Source of the DNA: a virus | Length of the DNA stretch: 64,000 nt | Reading direction: 5' to 3' (one strand) | Virus record (IMG/VR): IMGVR_UViG_3300024348_000017 | Location: 26,869 to 90,868 of that record | In this document: one piece after another, positions 19,801-28,526 of the stretch | Numbering within the stretch: position 1 is the first letter of the stretch | Layout of the letters: the number at the start of each line of letters is the position of its first letter | The notes under the pieces: generated by a model | Seen by the model: the letters and a program-made list of their open reading frames with translations, nothing else | The model's database searches: none | Told to the model about the DNA's origin: nothing | Made by a program: the position numbers and the translations under genes

Positions 19801-19826
19801 TAAAAAAGGGAACCGAAGTTCCCTTT
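19801..19826 (-). terminator. rho-independent terminator
   Basis: AAAGGGAAC-TTCG-GTTCCCTTT followed by U-tract on the minus strand. Confidence 0.85.
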
Positions 19827-19833
19827 AGTTTTT

Positions 19834-20073
19834 TTAATCTTCTTTTTTCTTAGAGCTAAACTTATCGAATGTATCAGCACCCATCCCAATACCAGTAATA
19901 ATCATTACTGCATTTACTAATTCAGCTGATGGGGCGAAGTCTGCATGTGAAAATGAATTTAACATCATTGTAATACATAAGAACATTGCACCCACAAACG
20001 CTATAACTGGTTTTACTGAAATAGCGCCTCTTTCATCTTTAAATAAATCAATCACCCATTCTTTGAAATTCAT
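19834..20073 (-). CDS. 2-TM membrane protein (holin-like)
   Basis: two hydrophobic helices, charged C-terminus. Confidence 0.55.
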   Translation of the reverse strand: MNFKEWVIDLFKDERGAISVKPVIAFVGAMFLCITMMLNSFSHADFAPSAELVNAVMIITGIGMGADTFDKFSSKKKED

Positions 20074-20094
20074 ACTTTTAATTTTTAATTGTTA

Positions 20095-20703
20095 CTAATG
20101 AGAGTCATCGTGGAAGTCTTTTAATAGACCGCAATTTTGACACTCTAATTCACCATCGTTATCGGCATCACCCCAAACATGTTTACATTGTCTGTGTTCG
20201 TGGTGTTCGAATTCTAATTTTTCCATCTCTTGCTCATGTTCTTGAGCATCTTTAGCTATATCTTGATCATGTTCTTGTTGATCTTTTTTCAACTCAAACT
20301 TTTGTTTGTTCTCAGTTACGGCTAAATCTCTTGCTGCTGCAGCACCTTGAACGAATGCATCTGGGATTAATGGAGTAAATGGTCTGTTACTTTCTTTTAT
20401 GTCATTAACACTACCTAATGCTACACCATCTTCCTCATCCATCTTTTGTACTAACATTTTATCCTTATCAGTGTCACTAAACCAATAGTCTATGATTTTA
20501 CCATAGCTACCAATAAAGGCACCTAATAACAATAATAATAATTCTTTCCACTCTCCTTCTATTGATGATTTACTTAATATAGCGAAGAACATTCCTCCTA
20601 TAATAAATAAAAATCCACCTAATACCATAGCGGTAATATACCATCTACGGCTCATCATTTTAATTAATAAATCTTTAAATCCTGTTGGAGTTTGATCTGC
20701 CAT
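20095..20703 (-). CDS. 2-TM protein with coiled coil and C-terminal Zn-ribbon-like motif
   Basis: two TM helices, IIDYWF, CxH...CxxC. Confidence 0.6.
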   Translation of the reverse strand: MADQTPTGFKDLLIKMMSRRWYITAMVLGGFLFIIGGMFFAILSKSSIEGEWKELLLLLLGAFIGSYGKIIDYWFSDTDKDKMLVQKMDEEDGVALGSVNDIKESNRPFTPLIPDAFVQGAAAARDLAVTENKQKFELKKDQQEHDQDIAKDAQEHEQEMEKLEFEHHEHRQCKHVWGDADNDGELECQNCGLLKDFHDDSH

Positions 20704-20772
20704 TTTTATATGCTTTATACGATAATAAACTAATTAATATAATAAAGAACACTACTGTTCCTATCTTATATC

Positions 20773-21078
20773 CTACCATTGTGCTGGTTTTTCTTTAAAC
20801 TCATCACCGTCTTTTTTCTTAACTGGAGCTGCTGGTTTTGTTTCTGCTGTTTTTTCTTTAATGATTACGGTTTTACCACCTGCTGCTTGAGACTGTTGGT
20901 TGCTGTTAGTAATATTAATTACTGGGGCTGCTTGTTGTACTGGAGCTGCTTCATCACCACCACCTGTTAATTTATTTGTAATAAATCCACCTACACCTAG
21001 TGTAACTGTACTTACTAAACCGATGATAATGTTTTTAAATGATTTACCAGTTGATTCTTGTTCTACTTCTTCTGCCAT
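20773..21078 (-). CDS. membrane-anchored low-complexity protein
   Basis: one TM segment, PVINITN, Q/A/P/K-rich tail. Confidence 0.6.
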   Translation of the reverse strand: MAEEVEQESTGKSFKNIIIGLVSTVTLGVGGFITNKLTGGGDEAAPVQQAAPVINITNSNQQSQAAGGKTVIIKEKTAETKPAAPVKKKDGDEFKEKPAQW

Positions 21079-21138
21079 TTTTATTTTTTTTTATATTTTT
21101 TTAATTTATTTTAAACTCAATAAAACTACCCAAACCAA

Positions 21139-21459
21139 TCACCAAATTGGGAGATTGACAAACCAATCACCAAATTTAGTTAAAAAACTACGATTATCAG
21201 TTTCATCATTTAAGTTTTGTTTACAAACATCACAACCACATTTTTCTCTTACCTGTTTCCAATTAATATCTGCTAAAACCTCATACCATATATGATTTTT
21301 ATCAGGGTGTTGATGAATGAATTTTATTGCTGCTGGTGTGAGTGCGTGTGTATCACATGCTGAACCAGGTCCGTCTCCACCAAATCCATAATATCTTACA
21401 TAATTTTCACCACAATCTGAGCAGTTATATACTATATCGTCTCCGTTTTTCTTTGCCAT
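21139..21459 (-). CDS. Cys-rich hypothetical protein
   Basis: CxxC and CxCxxC motifs. Confidence 0.55.
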   Translation of the reverse strand: MAKKNGDDIVYNCSDCGENYVRYYGFGGDGPGSACDTHALTPAAIKFIHQHPDKNHIWYEVLADINWKQVREKCGCDVCKQNLNDETDNRSFLTKFGDWFVNLPIW

Positions 21460-21470
21460 AATTTTTGCTT

Positions 21471-21851
21471 TTATATTTTGTTAAAATCTGTTATTCCTAA
21501 TTGATTACCATTAGCATCGAATAATCCTATTCTATATGCTGATGATGGTAATGCTGATGTATATACTTTTAAGATGTTGTCTCCAACAACTACGTTTACT
21601 GTTTCTTTTGATACTACTCTATTTGAAATATCAAATATTTTGATTGTAACTGATTGAGCTACATTACTTTTAACATTCATAGCAACCTCTGAGGTTACGA
21701 ATGGTGTTTGTAATTTAATACCTACCGCGCTAGCTATTTTTAATTCAGCATTAGCTGTAGGTGGTTGGGGTGTAGGTACGTCTACTTTTGTACATCCTGC
21801 AAATAGAATAATCGCAACCGCTATTGTACATAATTTCTTCATTGTATTCAT
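21471..21851 (-). CDS. lipoprotein with Ig-like (T9SS-CTD/FlgD-like) domain
   Basis: lipobox FAGC; VTIKIFDISNRVV...LPSSAYRIGL pattern. Confidence 0.65.
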   Translation of the reverse strand: MNTMKKLCTIAVAIILFAGCTKVDVPTPQPPTANAELKIASAVGIKLQTPFVTSEVAMNVKSNVAQSVTIKIFDISNRVVSKETVNVVVGDNILKVYTSALPSSAYRIGLFDANGNQLGITDFNKI

Positions 21852-21852
21852 T

Positions 21853-22191
21853 TTAATTAATTTTAATGGTCGTTTTACCTATCTGAGTACGGGATTGGTC
21901 TTCCAATACTAGATATAAATATTTAACGGGTAGCGAACTAGTGTATATTTTCAACTTGTTTTGTCCTACTTTACCACTAATGCGCTCTCTTGTTATTACG
22001 TTTTGAGTTTGATCCAACATTGTTAAAGTATATGTACCTGCCGTCTTTAAATCGAAATAAATATCACCACCATTCACCACGGTTGATTCAGCAACACTGA
22101 ATATATCTGCTGTAATGGGTTTTGGTTCAGGTCTAACTTCTACTTTTCTACAGCTAGACAATAATAGCAATATGACTAGTAATTTTTTCAT
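21853..22191 (-). CDS. lipoprotein, paralog of 21471..21851
   Basis: lipobox LSSC; GQNKLKIYTSSLP vs GDNILKVYTSALP. Confidence 0.65.
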   Translation of the reverse strand: MKKLLVILLLLSSCRKVEVRPEPKPITADIFSVAESTVVNGGDIYFDLKTAGTYTLTMLDQTQNVITRERISGKVGQNKLKIYTSSLPVKYLYLVLEDQSRTQIGKTTIKIN

Positions 22192-23084
22192 TAAAATTGG
22201 AAATTTGTTCCTATCATAAATAGGATTGGGTTACTCTTTTTATATCCAACCGATTCACTTAATTTATCCCAAGTTGTGTTATATCTGATATTGGTATTTA
22301 ATATAAATCTTTTAGTTATTTTCCAATCAATAGATGTACCATAATATAAGTCTAAATTGAAATCATTTAAGTATCCTATATCTGATGCCGTACCATCTTT
22401 AAAATCTTTGTAGATATCACTCATAGCAAATACTTGTGGTGATATGTTTACCCTCTTTGTTTTGAATGTATATGTGTACATTGCCATACCTCTATAAGTT
22501 ATTTGAGATGATGATGGCATTATTGGATAAATTAAATCTACAAAATTACCATCTACATCTACTGTATATTTTCCTTCCCACTCACCTTGATATGTTCCCC
22601 AAAATGTTTTTGAGGCAATTAAACTATATCCAAATGTTCCAAACTTTTTAGTTCTAAATACATCTATAAATGATAGTGTAATATCTTTTTGGAAATTAAA
22701 ATCAGTTGAATAGAATGATTGTAATGTAGTTGTTCTTGTATCTGTATTTCTACTGAAGCCATATCCCACACCATAATAATTCCATATTGGGTTTATTGAT
22801 GATGCTAATGAGTGGGCCCATTTACCATTATTAGATGTTTTACTATATCCTAAATTTAAGGTGGTAGATACTTGCTTTCCAATTATACCTACTGAAAGGT
22901 TTGATGATGATAAAACATCTTTTGAAAAATCAATATAAGACTCCAATATACCTAAGTTATTCCAATCACTACTTTCTCCAAATAATTCTTTTGGTGTTAG
23001 TTGTAATGTATCAGGCTTTTGTATTTGTGCATTTGCTACAAATCCAATTAAAACTAACGATATGATTAATAATAATTTTTTCAT
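22191..23084 (-). CDS. outer-membrane beta-barrel protein
   Basis: signal peptide, amphipathic strands, terminal Phe (IGTNFQF) like a BAM beta-signal. Confidence 0.7.
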   Translation of the reverse strand: MKKLLLIISLVLIGFVANAQIQKPDTLQLTPKELFGESSDWNNLGILESYIDFSKDVLSSSNLSVGIIGKQVSTTLNLGYSKTSNNGKWAHSLASSINPIWNYYGVGYGFSRNTDTRTTTLQSFYSTDFNFQKDITLSFIDVFRTKKFGTFGYSLIASKTFWGTYQGEWEGKYTVDVDGNFVDLIYPIMPSSSQITYRGMAMYTYTFKTKRVNISPQVFAMSDIYKDFKDGTASDIGYLNDFNLDLYYGTSIDWKITKRFILNTNIRYNTTWDKLSESVGYKKSNPILFMIGTNFQF

Positions 23085-25000
23085 TATTTTACTTTAACTT
23101 TTAATGTTGTACCTGCTTTATTAACGGCATCAGTTGCACCTATTGAAATTAAACCCAATATATTATCAAGCTTAGTTGTTGATGTGAATGTTATTTTATA
23201 TTCAGTGGTGTTATCTAAGGTAGTATTACCATCACTTATTAATGAACCTAAATTAATATAAGCACCTTTATCAGTTGCATAGTTAGTAGGTGAACCTTTA
23301 GTAGTAAATTGTATTCCTTTAAACTTTAAGACTGAATTATCATAATTTAATTGGAATTGAGTTCCAACTACATTTTGTTGTAGTGGATCTAATGTAATAT
23401 AAGCATAAATACTATCACCAATCACTTCAGTCATTATTAAAGCATTAATTTCATTACTAATACTCATTCCCCTAACTGACATTGTTGTTAGATTATTTGA
23501 TTTAGGTGTTGTTGAATGAGATAAGTTTACATCACCTTTCCAAGCCATTGTTAAGTTTAATGTATCGGATGATTTACCTGTGTTTATATCAAATGAATAC
23601 CCACTACCCAATGGTGTTGTAAATGTAGTCCAATTAGATTTACCAATACTATCATATTTTGTTTGTGGTATAATTCTTAATGTTTTATTAAGATTAAATG
23701 TATCAACTAATGTTTTAGCGCCTGTTAAGTTTTGCAATAAAGCGAAACAATCAGCCTCATTAAAGTAACCATCACTATTTACATCAGCATTCTTATATTG
23801 AATACCATATCCAAATTCGTTTCCACTTTGGTTTCCAAATATACCACCATTTGCTAATTCCTTAAAAGCTAAATAAACGTCTGATACTGTTACAATACTA
23901 TTATATAAAGTTGTTAAATTATTTGTAGTAGTTGTAGTTATTGATTGTGTTTTGTATGTAGATAATTGTGAAAATGTAAATTCTGCTTGTAATCCATAAA
24001 ATCCATTTCCTGCTCTTATATTTGATGCGAAAGTAGAACCTGAAAAGTTAAATTGTGTGGGGGTATAAACATAAACTTCTGTCCAACCATTAGCATCGTA
24101 TGAATTAAATGTTACCGGCCCATCCCATAAATCAAATAATTGTAAATTACTGATTGATGATGGTGTAGATAATATACCATTTACTTCTCTACTATCAATA
24201 CCAATTCTATATCTTTGATTGGTTGCATCGTATTGATATATTACACACCACTCTACTCCACCACTAGTTGTTAATGCTTTAACTCCACTTGCTACTTTGG
24301 TACTATCTAATAATGTTGTTATATCAACTGAACCTGCTGAACTTAATGCTGAACCTATTGCAAATGTTGTTGCTGTTAGGTTGGTATTCAAATTAAAATT
24401 TGCTACTGCTTTTTTAGTAGGTGTATTATTAATATTTGTTACTTCTTCATTCCAATATGAGTATGTATTTGGTGCACTTGGTCTTGACCATCTCACAAAT
24501 AAAGCATCACCACCACCATATTCTTGATACCTTGTAACTATCTTATATCTTGTACCAGCAACCATATTTTTTGAACCATATTGATATCCACTAGCACCAT
24601 GCCCACCATAGTAAGTTGATATTATTGTTCCGTCTACTGATATATCGCTCGCATCATCTGAATTGATTCCAAATCTATAGGTTCCTGTTTGTGTTGGTAT
24701 AAACCAAAATTCAAATTTAATTGCATAGAAATCACCTCCCCAATGTGGGGTTTGAATTGAACCATCACACATAATATTAAGAGCAACTTCACCTGTATGT
24801 GTTATAGTTGTATTTGAGTTTGCCGTATTTAACATATTGTCAAATTCGGCAGCCGTATTTGCGTGGTATGGATATTGGGTTATACTCCCGTTTCCATTAT
24901 GTGTTTTGTAAGAGGTATAATTAACGTACCCCCAACCCGATTGAGCTAAAGATACGTTAGTTAATAGGAAAGCTAATAATATCGTAACGAATCTCTTCAT
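23084..25000 (-). CDS. exported PA14 + dockerin-like + cohesin-like protein
   Basis: TGTYRFGINSDD...YQEYGG (PA14); ADVNSDGYFNEADCFALL (dockerin/EF-hand-like); VVGTQFQLNYDNSVLKF (cohesin-like). Confidence 0.7.
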   Translation of the reverse strand: MKRFVTILLAFLLTNVSLAQSGWGYVNYTSYKTHNGNGSITQYPYHANTAAEFDNMLNTANSNTTITHTGEVALNIMCDGSIQTPHWGGDFYAIKFEFWFIPTQTGTYRFGINSDDASDISVDGTIISTYYGGHGASGYQYGSKNMVAGTRYKIVTRYQEYGGGDALFVRWSRPSAPNTYSYWNEEVTNINNTPTKKAVANFNLNTNLTATTFAIGSALSSAGSVDITTLLDSTKVASGVKALTTSGGVEWCVIYQYDATNQRYRIGIDSREVNGILSTPSSISNLQLFDLWDGPVTFNSYDANGWTEVYVYTPTQFNFSGSTFASNIRAGNGFYGLQAEFTFSQLSTYKTQSITTTTTNNLTTLYNSIVTVSDVYLAFKELANGGIFGNQSGNEFGYGIQYKNADVNSDGYFNEADCFALLQNLTGAKTLVDTFNLNKTLRIIPQTKYDSIGKSNWTTFTTPLGSGYSFDINTGKSSDTLNLTMAWKGDVNLSHSTTPKSNNLTTMSVRGMSISNEINALIMTEVIGDSIYAYITLDPLQQNVVGTQFQLNYDNSVLKFKGIQFTTKGSPTNYATDKGAYINLGSLISDGNTTLDNTTEYKITFTSTTKLDNILGLISIGATDAVNKAGTTLKVKVK

Positions 25001-26658
25001 TATTCAACTATTAATTCTATCTTTTTACCAGTAGCATCAACTGCATCTGCTAATACTGTATAGAATAAACCTGCAGTGTTACTTAGAGGTGATTTAGAAG
25101 TAAATATTAATTTATATGGAGTACCAACTTTAATTCTAGCTGTCTTTAATTGATCAATTGAACCAAATGTTAACCTACCATTATCATGTGTTGAGAAATT
25201 TGTAACTGTACTTCCAGCATCAAATATAACATCTGTTAATGTTAATTTAGTACTATCGTATTGCATGATTACTTCTAAACCAGCTAAATCAGCTTTAGTT
25301 AAGCTTGCTGATAATGTTACTTTATTATTTTCAACTGTAGATGTTAAGCTTAATGTTGCTTTTTCTAAAGCTTCAGTAGCGTAAGCCATACTGCTAAATG
25401 ATGCTGTTCTTATAGTTTCACCTGGGTTAATTGAATTATAATAGTTACCGCTTGATATTCTTGAAGCAATAGTATCAGGATGAGATGAGTGTGACCAATC
25501 TAAATCACCACCCCAAGCAAATACAGCGTCTACTGTTTGAATTGGAGTTGCAATTGTTACTTTATTTGTTTGTCCACCATCTAACCAAGTTTGATTTAAT
25601 AAACCACTATAGTATCTTACTGATGTGGATGTTGATTTAGGAACAGATGCTTTAGAAGTTACATCTATACCCATTACATGAGCAAATAAGTAGTAACCAT
25701 CACTTTCACCAAATGTGGAATTACTTAATGTTATTAAACCAATTCTTTTCTCTAATACAGGCCTAGTAAAATATGTTGAGGTACCAGTAATATCAGTTTG
25801 AGTATGTCCTAAAAATGCCTTATAAGCATCTGATACTGTTATAATATTATTCATCCAAGTTTTAGTCATTGCAGGTGCAATAAATACACCTAAACTATCT
25901 CCAACTTTAATCCCTGATGTGAATATTGCTTCACCACTAGCATCTAATGCTTTAGTTTGTATTGGTTGTTGAGTCCAATCAATACCACCACTACCATCAG
26001 TTTTTAATTTCATTAATTGAACTGAATGATCACCAATATTGTAATTTGAAGGAAATAATACTCTAACTTTAAATTGAGATGTATTACCACTTACACTCGA
26101 TAGTGATACTTTACCTGTTGTAGTTGTGATTGGAGCAATATAAGCTGATGTATCATCAATAGCATATGATAAGTCTAATTTATGAATGTCAGTATAATCA
26201 GCCAAATCTTTAATTACATATTTTTGTGTTGCTATAATTCCATCAACACTAGCATCAGTTCTTTGTACTGTTAATTGACCAATATTCCAATCTGAATTTG
26301 AAACATAAGACCAAGGTGTAGCTAAATATTGTGCGTATAAACTTGTTGCAACTATACTATTTGCTGTACTTGCTGTAAATTTATAAGATGACCAATTTGT
26401 ATAATATGTTTGCACTGCACTACCTTGTGACCAGGTTGTTGATACATAAGCTAAAGCTTTGTTATTAAATTGATATCTTAACCAATAATAACGTGGTTTA
26501 GTTGTACCCTTAGCTACAGTGTACTTAATTTGAATAGTATCACCCACCTTATAAGGTGCTGCTGTTACTACTGCTTGGTTTACTGTTAATTGTGCGTTGG
26601 CTGTTAATGACAGCATAGATACTGCTAGTATCCCTAAAATTGTTAATAGTTTTTTCAT
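25000..26658 (-). CDS. exported cohesin-like/dockerin-like protein, paralog of 23084..25000
   Basis: KVGDTIQIKY..YQFNNKALAY and LAGLEVIMQYDSTKLTL cohesin-like; ITVSDAYKAF; shared AWxGDxxxSHS motif. Confidence 0.65.
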   Translation of the reverse strand: MKKLLTILGILAVSMLSLTANAQLTVNQAVVTAAPYKVGDTIQIKYTVAKGTTKPRYYWLRYQFNNKALAYVSTTWSQGSAVQTYYTNWSSYKFTASTANSIVATSLYAQYLATPWSYVSNSDWNIGQLTVQRTDASVDGIIATQKYVIKDLADYTDIHKLDLSYAIDDTSAYIAPITTTTGKVSLSSVSGNTSQFKVRVLFPSNYNIGDHSVQLMKLKTDGSGGIDWTQQPIQTKALDASGEAIFTSGIKVGDSLGVFIAPAMTKTWMNNIITVSDAYKAFLGHTQTDITGTSTYFTRPVLEKRIGLITLSNSTFGESDGYYLFAHVMGIDVTSKASVPKSTSTSVRYYSGLLNQTWLDGGQTNKVTIATPIQTVDAVFAWGGDLDWSHSSHPDTIASRISSGNYYNSINPGETIRTASFSSMAYATEALEKATLSLTSTVENNKVTLSASLTKADLAGLEVIMQYDSTKLTLTDVIFDAGSTVTNFSTHDNGRLTFGSIDQLKTARIKVGTPYKLIFTSKSPLSNTAGLFYTVLADAVDATGKKIELIVE

Positions 26659-27312
26659 TTATTTTTCTCCTAATAGTTTAGTGACTAATTTATCACAACC
26701 TTTCTTAATAGCGTTACTAAGACTTGTTTGATTGAATTTACCACCCTCATCTACTATAAGAGTCGACATAGAGATTTCAGATGATGATTCTTCAACTAAA
26801 ACCTCTTTTTCTTTGATACCATCTTTGTATAAAATACCTTTTAAACGAATTACAACTTCTTGTTCGTTTTTATGAAACACAGATACGTTCTTTTTTGTAG
26901 TTAGAACGTCTAGATAAACAATTTCAACACGTAATTTATTCTCAGCATCTGGGGATAAATCATATCCCTTTTCCTGAATATATTCTTCTAAAATATTTTT
27001 AACACCGAATTCTAAATTGCGGTTACCTGCTAATTTACCAATAACAACTTTATTAGTAACTTTCTCAACATAAATATGTTCAGATGCATTATACCAAATA
27101 TTACCTGGGCTATTTTTAAAAGTACCATCGAATCTCCATGAAAATTCATTGGCTAAATGTTGCATATATTCTTCTTTTCCAGAGAATTGAAGAACTACGA
27201 AGAAAATTTGTGTAATTAATGCAAGACCTATAAATAATCCTACACCTAATAAGAATAATTGAAATAATCGGTCGCGTAGACTGATGGCCAGACTGATAGC
27301 TTTTTGCTTCAT
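26659..27312 (-). CDS. membrane-anchored CsgG/TolB-N-like protein
   Basis: N-terminal TM; FGVKNILEEY helix; FNQTSLSNAIKK resembles FNQSTVSIATKK of the CsgG gene. Confidence 0.55.
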   Translation of the reverse strand: MKQKAISLAISLRDRLFQLFLLGVGLFIGLALITQIFFVVLQFSGKEEYMQHLANEFSWRFDGTFKNSPGNIWYNASEHIYVEKVTNKVVIGKLAGNRNLEFGVKNILEEYIQEKGYDLSPDAENKLRVEIVYLDVLTTKKNVSVFHKNEQEVVIRLKGILYKDGIKEKEVLVEESSSEISMSTLIVDEGGKFNQTSLSNAIKKGCDKLVTKLLGEK

Positions 27313-27338
27313 CTTTTAATTTTTAATGTGGTTCGAAT

Positions 27339-27346
27339 ATAAATAT
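27339..27346 (-). promoter_or_regulatory. ATATTTAT promoter-like element heading the exported-protein block
   Basis: same octamer precedes about 10 genes in the window. Confidence 0.55.
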
Positions 27347-27347
27347 G

Positions 27348-27377
27348 CAAAAGAAAGCAACCATTTCTGGTTGCTTC
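27348..27377 (-). terminator. terminator ending the tRNA/tmRNA transcript
   Basis: AAGCAACCA-GAAA-TGGTTGCTT followed by TCTTTT. Confidence 0.8.
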
Positions 27378-27429
27378 GTAAAAGGCCCACTCTGAGCGCC
27401 CTGATCGCGGGAAGGGGAATGGACTCTTG

Positions 27430-27800
27430 TGGAGATGACGAGAGTCGAACTCGTGTCTCAATAATGAACAATAATACCAACGTCTCACACGCTTAGCTCA
27501 CTGATTAACCCCAGTGCATGAGGTATAGGGCCACAAGTTTTTGGTCTTAGTGACATCCACCACCTAGTTTTAATCTAAACTAAGAAAATCTAGCTTGTAA
27601 CTTCTGTTCCTAGGATGTTACACCCGACGCTATTTAAGCCGCTAATGCGTACTCGTTCGCACCTACGAAAGACATCATATCTTCGAAGGTCATAGTAGAT
27701 AATTCTACAGTTATTGTTTCGCAAGGTTTTAAGGACTTATCTTACTTTGTCCGCGTGTGGTACTACCTTCAGATTACTGATCAAATACCGGTACATCCCC
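27430..27800 (-). ncRNA. ssrA: tmRNA
   Basis: GGGGAUG/CAUCUCC acceptor stem with G3-U70, T-arm ACGAG-UUCGACU-CUCGU, tag ORF ending YALAA at 27634-27708. Confidence 0.93.
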
Positions 27801-28100
27801 ATGTTTTTTTGACTTTTTGTCTAATATTTTCTTCACTTCAGCACATAACTCATATTCCTCAATTTTAATTAAGTCATCTAAGCAATTGCTTAATAGTTCA
27901 ATATACTGCGATTTTTCAATATTAAATATCATACCACTTGTATCCTTGAATGTGATATCAAATATATCAATGCCGTCTTTATTTCGTTTATATGCGCTAA
28001 GTACACATTTAACCATTTTAAGAATCAATTCACTGTCCCTTTCCTTCATCATTTGAAGGAACTCACGTTGATCCTTTAACATTAAACAGTGGCATGCCAT
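27774..28100 (-). CDS. protein with C-terminal UVR (UvrB/C) helical motif
   Basis: LIKIEEYELCAEVKKIL; start inferred from ATATTTAT 4 nt upstream. Confidence 0.55.
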   Translation of the reverse strand: MACHCLMLKDQREFLQMMKERDSELILKMVKCVLSAYKRNKDGIDIFDITFKDTSGMIFNIEKSQYIELLSNCLDDLIKIEEYELCAEVKKILDKKSKKHGDVPVFDQ

Positions 28101-28113
28101 AACGATAAATATT

Positions 28114-28223
28114 AAATACACTGTCTGTACTGTTAAACTGTCTCAATACTACCTTTATCCGTAGTAGAGGTGCTTTATTCATTCTTAGCGTCTGTTCAGT
28201 CCTCCTTTCGGAGCAGTGTATTT
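28114..28223 (-). ncRNA. putative structured RNA of unknown class
   Basis: perfect 10-bp closing helix, CUCC-GAAA-GGAG and UACUAC/GUAGUA hairpins. Confidence 0.55.
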
Positions 28224-28224
28224 G

Positions 28225-28310
28225 TGCCTCAGGCGAGAATCGAACTCGCACTCGCGTTGCGGCGAACAGGATTTTAAGTCCTGCGTGTCTACCAATTTCA
28301 CCACCAAGGC
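28225..28310 (-). tRNA. tRNA-Leu(UAA)
   Basis: class II cloverleaf, CAGGA-CUUAAAA-UCCUG. Confidence 0.95.
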
Positions 28311-28370
28311 ATGAGACCCGATATCCGCGTTTTCATCTCACTCGGGTCATGATGAGCTTCCGACGGTTTG

Positions 28371-28526
28371 CTGTAGGGGCTGGAATCGAACCAGCACGCT
28401 GCAATTCAATATAAGACAATTAAGCCGGCTTTGTGGTCAACCCATATCTTACATCTATCTCTTATCAGCACCCACGAGACGAGTGGGCACGTCTACCTTG
28501 ACTGCCGTCATTTCCGCCACCCTACA
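28371..28526 (-). ncRNA. aberrant tRNA-like RNA (GUC in anticodon position, enlarged D-loop and variable arm)
   Basis: acceptor UGUAGGG/CCCUACA, T-arm GCUGG-UUCGAUU-CCAGC, CCCAC-UCGUCUC-GUGGG arm. Confidence 0.75.
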
